Source of the DNA: Escherichia phage ManiMatter_Bas94
Sequence record: PQ850617.1
Direction: 5' to 3' (one strand)
DNA: 64,000 bases
Shown: positions 32,567 to 41,360 of the stretch, piece by piece
Layout of the letters: each line of letters opens with the position of its first letter
How positions within the stretch are numbered: position 1 is the stretch's first letter
Made by a program: the position numbers and the translations under genes
The notes under the pieces: model-generated
What the model was told of the DNA's origin: nothing
Database searches by the model: none
Seen by the model: only the letters and a program-made list of their open reading frames with translations

Positions 32567-32755
32567 TTAAATCAAGCATCCATCACAAACATAGTCTCCA
32601 CTAAGAGACTCTTGTAACAAACGATTTTGTTCCTCTGAATATAGAGAATTTACTAATTCTTTTAACTCTGAAAGAGTGATGAAATCAATAGTATTTCCAT
32701 TATCTAAAATAGAAGAGTTAAGTAAATATTCATTGTCTTTAATTTTATTAATCAT
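32567..32755 (-). CDS. Hypothetical protein
   Basis: 62-aa ORF; start overlaps stop of upstream small ORF (ATGA). Confidence 0.4.
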   Translation of the reverse strand: MINKIKDNEYLLNSSILDNGNTIDFITLSELKELVNSLYSEEQNRLLQESLSGDYVCDGCLI

Positions 32756-32892
32756 TCTTCATTTCCTTTTACTTCAGCGTAGACTTTGATAATGCCCTTA
32801 AGAACTTCCTTAGAAGCAATAGCACTTTCTTCAGAGGTGTGAATAGTAGAAAACTCTTTCTTTCCAATCTTGTAAGTGTGAACCCAAATCAT
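32752..32892 (-). CDS. Small hypothetical protein (46 aa)
   Basis: Found by manual translation; stop overlaps next start. Confidence 0.3.
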   Translation of the reverse strand: MIWVHTYKIGKKEFSTIHTSEESAIASKEVLKGIIKVYAEVKGNEE

Positions 32893-32894
32893 AC

Positions 32895-33056
32895 TTATTC
32901 CTCGTATTCCCAATTTCTTTCATAATATCCAGAGTTATAATTTAGAGCGCATCTCTCAGCCTCTTCTATGTCATCAGTGTTTAGGATATTTACCCACCCA
33001 CCAACTTCATCAAAACCTTCTTCCTCTTCGTTAAACCATACACTATACTTTTTCAT
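32895..33056 (-). CDS. Small acidic hypothetical protein (53 aa)
   Basis: Found by manual translation; ATG overlaps stop of HAD-like gene. Confidence 0.3.
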   Translation of the reverse strand: MKKYSVWFNEEEEGFDEVGGWVNILNTDDIEEAERCALNYNSGYYERNWEYEE

Positions 33057-33445
33057 CGAATCACCAAAGGCTCTTCAGAGTACACAGGAGCGGCTATTTC
33101 TACAGGAGGTGCTGCCCTAAGGTCATTAAGTCTTACACCCTTCAGCATCCCATCTAGGTGGTCCTTTTTGGGTATTCCAACAGGGAAGTCGTCAATCCAG
33201 ATATCTACAAAGAAACCTAACTGGCGACATACGTCATCTTTCTGAACACCATTGCAAAAGATGATAGGAATCTGCAAACGCTCTGCATCAATCTTAATGT
33301 CGTGATTATCATACCCATTAGGCTCTGCAAAGCGGTAAGTTACAAAACGTACATCATAACCTTTGGCTTGCATTAATGCCACCACAGATCGCCACAGCTC
33401 TTTATCTGAGGTGTAAGTATCATCGTAATCTAAACCAATATTCAT
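33053..33445 (-). CDS. HAD-superfamily phosphatase (possible nucleotidase)
   Basis: 130 aa; N-terminal LDYDDT (DxD motif) and C-terminal VDIWIDD. Confidence 0.5.
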   Translation of the reverse strand: MNIGLDYDDTYTSDKELWRSVVALMQAKGYDVRFVTYRFAEPNGYDNHDIKIDAERLQIPIIFCNGVQKDDVCRQLGFFVDIWIDDFPVGIPKKDHLDGMLKGVRLNDLRAAPPVEIAAPVYSEEPLVIR

Positions 33446-33492
33446 GTTGAATCCTTTTAGACAAGAAAAGCCGCCCTAAGGCAGCTTCTTAT

Positions 33493-33669
33493 TTAACTAT
33501 TCACTTTAGCTTCAAGTGTTTCATTTTCAATACTCAAGTCAATCACTACGCCAGTAAGCTCAACGACTGCTTGGCGAAGGGCGTCTTTACCCATAGAATG
33601 TACTTGAGATAAGAAGAAAGCTTTACCTTCTTCCGTGGATAGGGTTTCTTTTAATTCAGAAGCAGTCAT
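33493..33669 (-). CDS. Small hypothetical protein (58 aa)
   Basis: Manual translation, helical. Confidence 0.3.
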   Translation of the reverse strand: MTASELKETLSTEEGKAFFLSQVHSMGKDALRQAVVELTGVVIDLSIENETLEAKVNS

Positions 33670-33683
33670 TGATATTCCTTATT

Positions 33684-33875
33684 TTACATTGTATAAATTC
33701 GCATGATTGTACCACCATCAGCTTCAATAGCAGAAACAACTTCATCTCGTTCTTCATCCGTGTACACTAGTACGCTTTTAAACGAGCCAGTCACATCTGT
33801 GTACAAAATGTTGTACTTGGGAGGTGGTTTACGGTAAATACCTTCCATCATTCTTTCTCCTCTCGTTCTTTCCAC
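33684..33875 (-). CDS. Hypothetical protein
   Basis: 63-aa ORF. Confidence 0.35.
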   Translation of the reverse strand: MERTRGERMMEGIYRKPPPKYNILYTDVTGSFKSVLVYTDEERDEVVSAIEADGGTIMRIYTM

Positions 33876-34045
33876 AGTTCAGCAAGCTCTAGGTAGAACT
33901 CAGCTTCATCAGGACGTCCTTGTTCATTACAGATGGCGCTTTGACGATAACACCAATCTGATGGCATCTCTTCCACTTCAATCTCCTTATTATGAACTAA
34001 TCAATAAGACTAGTTCATTTGTATTTCAATCTTTCAGTTCTGAAT

Positions 34046-34540
34046 TTAGTGTGTATGCATCCAGTTTAACCCAATCTGACAATCAGAAGCCAGAGGACAC
34101 TCCATGTTCAAGTACTCACCAGCCTTCTTAACACAAAGCTCGGTGTACTCTTTGAGTTTCTGTACATCATTACGGTTCACTGAGAACTGGCCCTCATCGT
34201 GCATATCAATTACCTTAGCACAACGAACTCCATCTTTCTCAATCCACTTGTTAAGGAACATCATAGCATATTTCATAACAACAGCACCAGCACATTGCAG
34301 GAGTGTGTTAAGGGCTTTATGAACCATAACCTTACCAGTGGCATCCCGTCTCATTGTAATCTTACGACCATCAACGCCAATCAAATACCCTTGAGCAGCT
34401 TTCTCTGTCATACGATCAATGAGGATTGCAATACATGGGTTCTCTGCCAAGAAGCGTGCTCGCATCACTGAACCTTCGTCAGCTCCACCACCTACGATTG
34501 AACCAAGCTTAGCATCACCAGCACCATAGTTAAACGCATC
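34046..34540 (-). CDS. DNA polymerase (family A, T7 gp5-like), C-terminal exon
   Basis: Frame open from 34540: ...FNYGAGDAKLGSIVGG...VDGRKITMRR...ALNTLLQCAGA...IDMHDEGQF... (motif B remainder and motif C HDE); close to T7 gp5 C-terminus. Confidence 0.75.
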   Translation of the reverse strand, partial: DAFNYGAGDAKLGSIVGGGADEGSVMRARFLAENPCIAILIDRMTEKAAQGYLIGVDGRKITMRRDATGKVMVHKALNTLLQCAGAVVMKYAMMFLNKWIEKDGVRCAKVIDMHDEGQFSVNRNDVQKLKEYTELCVKKAGEYLNMECPLASDCQIGLNWMHTH

Positions 34541-35243
34541 TCATATATTCGACAAGAGCCGCAACACTCTCGCCCGTTCTCTTATGAACTGCTACATGTC
34601 GCCATGTAGGATAGACTATATCATCACCCTCTGTCGAGGGGTTGGGCGCTTCCACCGGCATTAGCTTCCGGTGTACTCCTTTCGGATAGTCGTTGCACCT
34701 TCAAGTATTCTATAGCTGTTTCTAATCGGCTAACATCATCTTTCAATAGCCCTAAAGCTCTGTTGCAGTTGTGACACAACAGACCGCGTATTACTCCGGA
34801 TTCATGGCAATGATCAACCACAAGTTTAATTCTGTGATGTGTTGCCATTGCAAACCCTTCGCCCTTACAGATAGCACACTTCCCATCCTGATCAGCGTAC
34901 ATCTTTTCGTAATCGCTGGCTGTGATTCCATAAATTCGTTTGAAGTAGGAATTTCTCCAGCCCCTATCTTTGCATTCATCAGAGCAATAATGTTCAGATG
35001 GTGCATTTGGTTGAAAATCTTTTGAGCAATTACGACAAGGTTTTGGATTGAACCGACCTTGAGGGTATTTACTTGCCTCAGCAGTCTGTTCTTCTTTAGT
35101 TTTAGTTACAGTTGTATATTCCATAAGCACCTCCATGTTGAGTTGCTATAGAATACTTGCTTGGCTCAGGATTGTCTACTAGAGAGTTTCCCTGAGTTCA
35201 CCCAATTTAATCGACGAGATTACTCTCGAAGTATCCATTTACG
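34541..35243 (-). mobile_element. Intervening sequence in polymerase gene (probable group I intron carrying an HNH homing endonuclease)
   Basis: About 700 nt between polymerase motif B halves (exon 1 ends ...PTRDNAKTFI-stop); contains free-standing HNH ORF with own start; exon 2 has no in-frame AUG before conserved residues. Confidence 0.55.
34624..35136 (-). CDS. HNH homing endonuclease (intron-encoded, putative)
   Basis: 170 aa; DHCHESGVIRGLLCHNCNRALG HNH motif plus Cys-rich zinc-binding segments. Confidence 0.75.
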   Translation of the reverse strand: MEVLMEYTTVTKTKEEQTAEASKYPQGRFNPKPCRNCSKDFQPNAPSEHYCSDECKDRGWRNSYFKRIYGITASDYEKMYADQDGKCAICKGEGFAMATHHRIKLVVDHCHESGVIRGLLCHNCNRALGLLKDDVSRLETAIEYLKVQRLSERSTPEANAGGSAQPLDRG

Positions 35244-36596
35244 TCAGATAAACGTTTTAGCGTTGTCACGAGTAGGAAGACCAGCAAGTTTCTGGTTGTG
35301 GGAGTGGATATCACCTTCAAGAAGGATATCACGATACATAATAGCAGAAGCTAAACCACGTTCTGCCAGAGCTTTCTTAGCTGGATTATTCTCTTCGATT
35401 GCTTCAGCAAGCATATCCCTACATTCTTTAATGAGGTAGTGAGCGAGCATACGAAGTTCAAGTCCAGAACCATCATACCCTAAGAATACTTCTTTACCAG
35501 CGGGTATGTAATATTTGTAAGCACCTACAGGCTTATCTTTCTTCCCCGGCTTACCTTTCTCGTAAATTACGTTAGTACCTTTTCGTATATAACAACCATC
35601 AGGAACAACGTTAGTAATAACGAAAGGACGAGAGTGATCACTGTCTGAATTATAGTCAGACTCAAACAAACTGCGACACTCATGACCAAACAAACCACGG
35701 GAGGGAATATTAACCACGATACGATGTTTGAATCGAAAAGTTGGCGTAGCGCAGCTGTTAGCTTCTGCCGAAAGTTTACCATCTTCGCGTTCCTTTGCTA
35801 TGAGTCCACTGATAAGACCTAGCCTGTGAGCCGCTACAACGCGCCTCTTAAGCAAACTTCCAACACTCCCTAGCTCGCCCCCTAACCCTTCTTCAAGAGT
35901 CTCCTCGAGGTTTGTAGGAGCTGTAGGCCACTTGTTTGAGGTAGCTAGTGCTATCTTAATCTCATCAAACGTGATAGGTCTACGTCGGTTAGGGTTTAAA
36001 CCTAAACCAAACACATAAGCCTTCATATAGTTCTTAGTCTTAAACCTAAAATGCTTCTCTAAGAACCTCCTAATATCTGCGTCAACCATCTCGGCTGTCT
36101 GCTTCTGTTTAGCATTACCTCGAATCCAAGCTGAATACCACGCTTGGTATGTTCCATACTTTCGTATATCTTTCTTGATTTCAAAAGTATTCCAAGGTTT
36201 CTTTGATACGTTAAACTCTGGAGGAAGAAAACCCTCATCCATAAGGGCTTCTTTAACTCGTGCATCTTTCGATGGGTCAAAGTCCACGTATTCAACACAG
36301 GTGAATGCTCCACCAATGTCTTCTCTCTTAAGGCCAACTCTATCACAATAGGCTTGAGGCCACTTCTGTAAAGCTCCAGACTTCTTAAATGGCTTCATAT
36401 AAGTAGAGCCATCTAATCTCATCTTAGGTAAGAGAGGGATCAGTTCTTTGTCGATATTAACAATAATCTCTTTAAGGAGGTGAACATACCACCGAGCATT
36501 TCTTCGGTTGAAACTCACTCCGTGCTTCGCTTGCTTAGAGATTATATCAGCGACAGTCATCTCTGTCAAAAATGGGAGAGCGTCCGGGTTGCTCAC
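35244..36596 (-). CDS. DNA polymerase (family A, T7 gp5-like), exon 1 (polymerase domain, N-terminal part)
   Basis: 450 aa; motif A GYDGSGLELRMLAHY; ends in motif B ...GDIHSHNQKLAGLPTRDNAKTFI, nearly identical to T7 ...GDIHTKNQIAAELPTRDNAKTFI. Confidence 0.8.
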   Translation of the reverse strand: MSNPDALPFLTEMTVADIISKQAKHGVSFNRRNARWYVHLLKEIIVNIDKELIPLLPKMRLDGSTYMKPFKKSGALQKWPQAYCDRVGLKREDIGGAFTCVEYVDFDPSKDARVKEALMDEGFLPPEFNVSKKPWNTFEIKKDIRKYGTYQAWYSAWIRGNAKQKQTAEMVDADIRRFLEKHFRFKTKNYMKAYVFGLGLNPNRRRPITFDEIKIALATSNKWPTAPTNLEETLEEGLGGELGSVGSLLKRRVVAAHRLGLISGLIAKEREDGKLSAEANSCATPTFRFKHRIVVNIPSRGLFGHECRSLFESDYNSDSDHSRPFVITNVVPDGCYIRKGTNVIYEKGKPGKKDKPVGAYKYYIPAGKEVFLGYDGSGLELRMLAHYLIKECRDMLAEAIEENNPAKKALAERGLASAIMYRDILLEGDIHSHNQKLAGLPTRDNAKTFI

Positions 36597-36612
36597 TTTA
36601 TACTCCTTTAAA

Positions 36613-37035
36613 TTATTGGTAAAGTAAATCTGTAAATGCTTGGTTGTCTTCTACTACATCTAGCAAGGTTGCTTCGTTACTATAAGACCTAACCGTCCCG
36701 TTGACAACTGTCCGAGTAGGAGAGGGAGGTGGTGTATGGTTAGCTCTAGCTTCGCGAGGTTGCTCTCGTACTAAATGAGCCATAGCCATTTGGTTAGCGA
36801 CTTCTTCTCTTTCTCGAATAGCTCTCTGAATATAAGCTAGCTTCATGCCCCAAGCTTCTTCAAATTCTTGAGGATGTTTGTCACTGATAACCACATATTG
36901 ACGTTCAGGGATACCAGAGCGAATCTCTGATAAGAGTTCACAGAACAAATCCAGTTCGTGTTCAGTGAGATTCATTTCGATATCATCCCACTTGAGAACT
37001 AGGAAACGGTTTTGATATCTAGTCGGTAATGGCAT
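36613..37035 (-). CDS. Hypothetical protein
   Basis: 140-aa ORF upstream of polymerase. Confidence 0.4.
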   Translation of the reverse strand: MPLPTRYQNRFLVLKWDDIEMNLTEHELDLFCELLSEIRSGIPERQYVVISDKHPQEFEEAWGMKLAYIQRAIREREEVANQMAMAHLVREQPREARANHTPPPSPTRTVVNGTVRSYSNEATLLDVVEDNQAFTDLLYQ

Positions 37036-37038
37036 AGC

Positions 37039-37293
37039 TTAACCTTTAGGGAATGGGATGAGGTTTTCTACTGCAACACGGAATTCTTTCTCTACATCTT
37101 TATTCTTATAAGAAATGAATTTCCCATCAGCACCACGGAGGATTACGTTAGTGCGAGCTGTTTTTGGGTTATGACTGATTTGGTTTGCAATGAGACTAAT
37201 GTTGAGTTTAGTGTTGTGGTTATTGGTGAATTTCCACTTAGCCAGACGATTAGTCATTACATCAATGATAGTTACAGTTTTTACAATAGACAT
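37039..37293 (-). CDS. Hypothetical protein
   Basis: 84-aa ORF. Confidence 0.4.
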   Translation of the reverse strand: MSIVKTVTIIDVMTNRLAKWKFTNNHNTKLNISLIANQISHNPKTARTNVILRGADGKFISYKNKDVEKEFRVAVENLIPFPKG

Positions 37294-37326
37294 AGTTATT
37301 ACCTAAGAAGTTTAGTTTGGTTTATA

Positions 37327-37356
37327 TAAAAGAAAAGGCCACCCATTTGGGTAGCC
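37327..37356 (-). terminator. Rho-independent terminator
   Basis: On - strand GGCTACCC-AAAT-GGGTGGCC followed by TTTTCTTTTATATAAA. Confidence 0.6.
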
Positions 37357-37361
37357 TCATA

Positions 37362-37679
37362 TTACGATGAGCTTAAAGCTCCTTTGCGTGCTCCAGCTGC
37401 CTTCCCAGTTCGATCTCCACTTTTGCCGCCAGCTGAACGATTTCCGCTGACTGTTTCAACACGTAAGTTGCTTGACGCATTAGAGCCTCCTGACTTGATA
37501 GCTCGTTTGTGTCCAACGTCTTTACCTCTGACAGCAGCTTTTCCATCGCGCTTTTCAACGATGCGACGTGCACGGTGGCGCTGAGCATCTCCGCTCTTGC
37601 TACCAATTCCCGTTTCACCCCTTGCGATGGCGGTACGTCTTTCTTGTGCATAATCTCTCTTTCCTACATGGTCTGCCAT
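37362..37679 (-). CDS. Gly/Arg/Lys-rich disordered protein (KGG-repeat stress-protein-like)
   Basis: 105 aa; strong AAGGAG RBS 8 nt upstream; composition like YciG/KGG stress proteins; own promoter motif and terminator. Confidence 0.45.
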   Translation of the reverse strand: MADHVGKRDYAQERRTAIARGETGIGSKSGDAQRHRARRIVEKRDGKAAVRGKDVGHKRAIKSGGSNASSNLRVETVSGNRSAGGKSGDRTGKAAGARKGALSSS

Positions 37680-37715
37680 TTAGAACTCCTTAATATATCA
37701 GTGTACACTAAGGAG

Positions 37716-37724
37716 TATACATTA
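37716..37724 (-). promoter_or_regulatory. TAATGTATA promoter motif
   Basis: rc of tatacatta 37 nt upstream of ATG 37679. Confidence 0.5.
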
Positions 37725-37914
37725 TGAATGATGTTAAAACTCTGCTAAGTATTTAATATCAGAGGCATATACCTCATCAAAGGAAATAATTTCTCCATTG
37801 TAAAGAAGTTCTATCTTCAATATACCAGAGCATTTGGTGTCTTTAGAATCAACCCTGATAGAGAGCTTATCAACTATCTAAGCTTTAATCTCTTCTATCA
37901 TTAACTCTTGAGTG

Positions 37915-38100
37915 TTATTCACTCCACCCTCCCGGTGGTACAAAATCATCAGGAACGTCAATGATAGTAGGTTCTCCATTATTCATGCAGGTGTCTTCAT
38001 TGAACTCTTCACACTCAAAGCATGCTCGTTCGATATTTTTGTAGAAGTCGATGGTTGCTGAACCATCACCACAATCTCGGATAACTAGAGCTACTTTCAT
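37915..38100 (-). CDS. Small Cys-containing hypothetical protein
   Basis: 61-aa ORF overlapping phoH start. Confidence 0.35.
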   Translation of the reverse strand: MKVALVIRDCGDGSATIDFYKNIERACFECEEFNEDTCMNNGEPTIIDVPDDFVPPGGWSE

Positions 38101-38840
38101 TTCTCTTGTCCTTTTTCCATTGCTTTAACAATAGCTTTACAGAAACCAGAACGAACAATGTCATCTGATTCACCATCTACAATCTCAGCGAACTCATACA
38201 GATCATGTTCATCAATAAAGTTAGTAGCCCAAGTAAGACCACTCTCACGACCACGCATGTCATGCTGGTTAGTATCACCCATGCAGAACAGTTGAGAGGT
38301 TTCTCCCAATCGAGTCATGATTGAGAAGGCTTCATCTTTAGTGGTGTTCTGGAATTCATCAACAATAACAACAGCATCATTGAAAGAACGACCACGGAGA
38401 TATTCCAGAGGTACAAATTCAATGTTCCCATTACCAAGCTGGCATTCATAAAAACCCTTACCGTATCGCTGAGTGATTACGTCAACAATAGGCATCAGAT
38501 ATGGTTCGAACTTATCACGAAGCCCACCCGGAAGTAATCCGAGAGAATTACCCATGCCAACAGAAGGTCGGCTAATGATAATCTTTTGAATCTTACCACT
38601 CTTCAGTGCATCAATGACAGTAGAGGTGATGACGAACGTCTTACCACAGCCCGCAGGAGCGTCTGTGAACACCACTTGTTTAGTCTTGATAGCATTGAGT
38701 AGCTCAGATTGAAACTGATTCTGAGGGACCACTGGCTTCGCTAAAACAACCTCTTCATACTCACGCTTACCTTTCTTAGTGACCAAGGCTTCACGACGTA
38801 AATCTTTACGAGATTCTCTACGGGACTGTCTACGGCTCAT
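38097..38840 (-). CDS. phoH: PhoH-like ATPase
   Basis: 247 aa; Walker A DAPAGCGKTF, LGLLPGG, VIVDEFQN motifs typical of PhoH. Confidence 0.85.
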   Translation of the reverse strand: MSRRQSRRESRKDLRREALVTKKGKREYEEVVLAKPVVPQNQFQSELLNAIKTKQVVFTDAPAGCGKTFVITSTVIDALKSGKIQKIIISRPSVGMGNSLGLLPGGLRDKFEPYLMPIVDVITQRYGKGFYECQLGNGNIEFVPLEYLRGRSFNDAVVIVDEFQNTTKDEAFSIMTRLGETSQLFCMGDTNQHDMRGRESGLTWATNFIDEHDLYEFAEIVDGESDDIVRSGFCKAIVKAMEKGQEK

Positions 38841-39022
38841 TTGCGCTCTCCTAGCTCTTCGTAATTAAATACAGAGGTTCGACAATCTTTACATGTTGTT
38901 GTATAGACTCGAACATTAATGTACTTCTTGTTCTTCCCTTTGGTGGGTGAGCCTTTAGCAAGCTCACTGATAACTTTAGAACTTAAGTTTAGGTTTGTGC
39001 CTTCGCATTTAGAGCACTTCAC
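38837..39022 (-). CDS. Small zinc-ribbon protein
   Basis: 61 aa; CxxC...CxxC (CSKCEG...CKDCR). Confidence 0.4.
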   Translation of the reverse strand: MKCSKCEGTNLNLSSKVISELAKGSPTKGKNKKYINVRVYTTTCKDCRTSVFNYEELGERK

Positions 39023-39243
39023 TCAGGCTCACCAACAGTAACTTCCCATACAACTTGAGAGATGATATTGTTGATCTGTTTGATTTGCTCGTAAGTCAGT
39101 TGCATACCTTTCATCTTCCGAGAGGCATTGCTTCGTGCTCTTCGCTGACGATAGAAGTTATTCTTTTTAGTAGAGTGTAATCTACTCATTTCACAAGCTC
39201 CACTTCTTCAATACTGTACCCTTCAAAATACTCACCATCTTGA

Positions 39244-39600
39244 TCATACTGGTTGATTGCTCTTGTTAGTACCCACACTTTCATTATTCTTCTCTTTATG
39301 AAGTCTATAAACAGCTGTCGCCATGCAAGCAACAGCTTCATTGTGTGGGAGATGCATCCCTGTAGAACCATCCCAATCTTTGAACTCATTGTCAAAGACT
39401 CCGGTAGGCTCTGGATACAGAGCTTGCAGCTCAACCAAATCATTAGCAACTTGTTGCCATTTATCATCAGACCAGATAGGGTCATCCAACCAGTAATACA
39501 AATAGGAATGGATGATTAATTGCCTTCTGTGCCGATTAATTACTTCAGCGGGACTTATCTCACTTCCATTTGAAGTCCTAAATGTATTACTGTCAATCAT
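39244..39600 (-). CDS. Hypothetical protein
   Basis: 118-aa ORF. Confidence 0.4.
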   Translation of the reverse strand: MIDSNTFRTSNGSEISPAEVINRHRRQLIIHSYLYYWLDDPIWSDDKWQQVANDLVELQALYPEPTGVFDNEFKDWDGSTGMHLPHNEAVACMATAVYRLHKEKNNESVGTNKSNQPV

Positions 39601-39602
39601 GA

Positions 39603-40259
39603 TTAATTATTCCAAGTAGTTGATAAGGCTTTCCAAGAGATAGGATAAAGTTTCTTCATTTCTTCATCAATAGTTTGTGCAAACAGTCGGACCTCATACT
39701 GAGCGTGCTCTGACAGACGTTGACGGCACACATCTGACCAGCCATATAGAGAGCCAGTCCACACCCACTCAGTGATCATCCCCTGAGGAAGAACAAATCG
39801 AGCTTGCTCTGGTGCAACAAATTCAATCAACTTATCATATGCTGCTAGAGAGGATTCATATGCATCGTTAATCAGCATTAATGCTTCAGCTCGTTCTCCA
39901 TCGATGAGTTGAACCCCTGAACCTGCATGGAGGTCCGAAGGTCTCGCAAAAATCTCTTTAGGGATGAAGACTTCAACTGCTCCATCTTTATACCGACGGG
40001 ACATTTCGTTCCACGAGAATCCAACCTGATGCTTGCCCAGCTGTCTCGCAATTGCGATAGGTGCTTTGCATCGGAAACTGACTTGTGGGTGTCGGAATGG
40101 AGTAACATGCTTTTCTCTTGCGAGGAAGTTGATGAGACGTTCATCACGTTCATTTAAATCACCTTCACGGGTTACGCCAAAGGAAACTCGAGCTGCGTTT
40201 ACTACGCTACGATCGCTTCCCATAGCTTCGATTAATGTTGCTTGTAGTTGTTCATTCAT
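39603..40259 (-). CDS. thyX: ThyX-family (flavin-dependent thymidylate synthase-like) protein
   Basis: 218 aa; ERLINFLAREKHVTPFRHPQVSF...MSRRY resembles ThyX core; signature region appears divergent. Confidence 0.6.
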   Translation of the reverse strand: MNEQLQATLIEAMGSDRSVVNAARVSFGVTREGDLNERDERLINFLAREKHVTPFRHPQVSFRCKAPIAIARQLGKHQVGFSWNEMSRRYKDGAVEVFIPKEIFARPSDLHAGSGVQLIDGERAEALMLINDAYESSLAAYDKLIEFVAPEQARFVLPQGMITEWVWTGSLYGWSDVCRQRLSEHAQYEVRLFAQTIDEEMKKLYPISWKALSTTWNN

Positions 40260-40274
40260 CCGTGAATATCCTTA

Positions 40275-40550
40275 TTATTTATTGCTCAGTGCTGTGTCCA
40301 AAAATGCTTTCAGGTTTGCTTCAGTCTGCATACCAGAGAGGCTGTAATGTGCGCCACTATTCCGGTCAGGCACAACGAAAGCAGGAATGCTTCGTACACC
40401 ATACTTAACAGCTTGTTCACGACCGTCACCCTCAAGGATATTAATCTCTTCCACTTCTACATCGAACTCCTTAACAACCTTCTCAAAGATAGGAGCCATT
40501 GCTTTACATGGAGCACACTGATCACTATAAAACTTAATTACTTTAGACAT
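40275..40550 (-). CDS. Thioredoxin
   Basis: 91 aa; active site CAPC in thioredoxin-fold context. Confidence 0.8.
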   Translation of the reverse strand: MSKVIKFYSDQCAPCKAMAPIFEKVVKEFDVEVEEINILEGDGREQAVKYGVRSIPAFVVPDRNSGAHYSLSGMQTEANLKAFLDTALSNK

Positions 40551-40558
40551 GTAAATCC

Positions 40559-40738
40559 TTATGCAGTCAGGAGGTGAAGCAGGAATGGGATAACAACAGC
40601 TACGACAACCATGATAGTTGATGCTGTTTGAATCTCACCTTTCTTGTCAGGGGTTTCTTCGATAAGCTTACCAGAAGCCCAATAGATACCACCACCAATA
40701 AAGATAGCCCAAATACCCCATACGATAGCTGATAACAT
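40559..40738 (-). CDS. Small two-TM membrane protein (59 aa)
   Basis: Manual translation MLSAIVWGIWAIFIGGGIYW...VVVAVVIPFLLHLL; AAGGA RBS. Confidence 0.35.
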   Translation of the reverse strand: MLSAIVWGIWAIFIGGGIYWASGKLIEETPDKKGEIQTASTIMVVVAVVIPFLLHLLTA

Positions 40739-40764
40739 ATATCTATATCCTTATAAAGAGAAAA

Positions 40765-40786
40765 CCCCGTCTATTCCTAGACAGGG
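40765..40786 (-). terminator. Terminator after Dps-like gene
   Basis: On - strand CCCTGTCTA-GGAA-TAGACGGGG followed by TTTTCTCTTT. Confidence 0.5.
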
Positions 40787-40796
40787 CTTGAGTTTT

Positions 40797-41360
40797 TTAG
40801 TAAGACACATCACCACTTGAGTGGGACATGTTGCTCTTGACAAAGTAGCAATACTTGCCAAGACCTTCATTAATTTCTTGAAGCATACTTTGATCGACTG
40901 GATAAGTGGCTAAATCGCCATCAAACTCATCCATCTTCTCAATAATACACAACAAGGTCATGCACATATCAGAGAGCATACCGTCCATGTCTAGATCAGC
41001 GTTACCCTCTGAGAACCAAGCATGAGAGAGGTAGTTAGCTGCTGTAGCATCCACTTTAACACAGTGGTAACGCATACGTTCAGCAATACGATCTCCTACT
41101 TGTCGTGCGTAATCTTCCAGCTCGTCAAACATACCATGAACACCCTGAAATCCTGCACCAGAGACGTTCCAGTGGTAGTTTTTAGCTTTGATGTGCAAGA
41201 GTTCCATATTAGCTTGTAAGCAGCTCAGGATGTGTTCTAGGCTGTTTCCACTAATCATACCCTGCATCGTTTCAAGGCGAGAGATTGATAGGTCGGACCG
41301 GTCTAACATGCTATAACTGTCACGACCAATATCAGGTAAATCAAAGACATTCTTATGCAT
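40797..41360 (-). CDS. Dps/ferritin-like protein
   Basis: 187 aa; HWNVSGAGFQGVHGMFDELEDYARQVGDRIAERM matches Dps ferroxidase-site pattern. Confidence 0.6.
   Translation of the reverse strand: MHKNVFDLPDIGRDSYSMLDRSDLSISRLETMQGMISGNSLEHILSCLQANMELLHIKAKNYHWNVSGAGFQGVHGMFDELEDYARQVGDRIAERMRYHCVKVDATAANYLSHAWFSEGNADLDMDGMLSDMCMTLLCIIEKMDEFDGDLATYPVDQSMLQEINEGLGKYCYFVKSNMSHSSGDVSY

Noticed and set aside
37373-37651. Alternative-frame 92-aa helical ORF overlapping the KGG-like gene
   Set aside because: The 105-aa frame has a strong AAGGAG RBS at ideal spacing; the alternative has none. Left open as a possibility in the findings.
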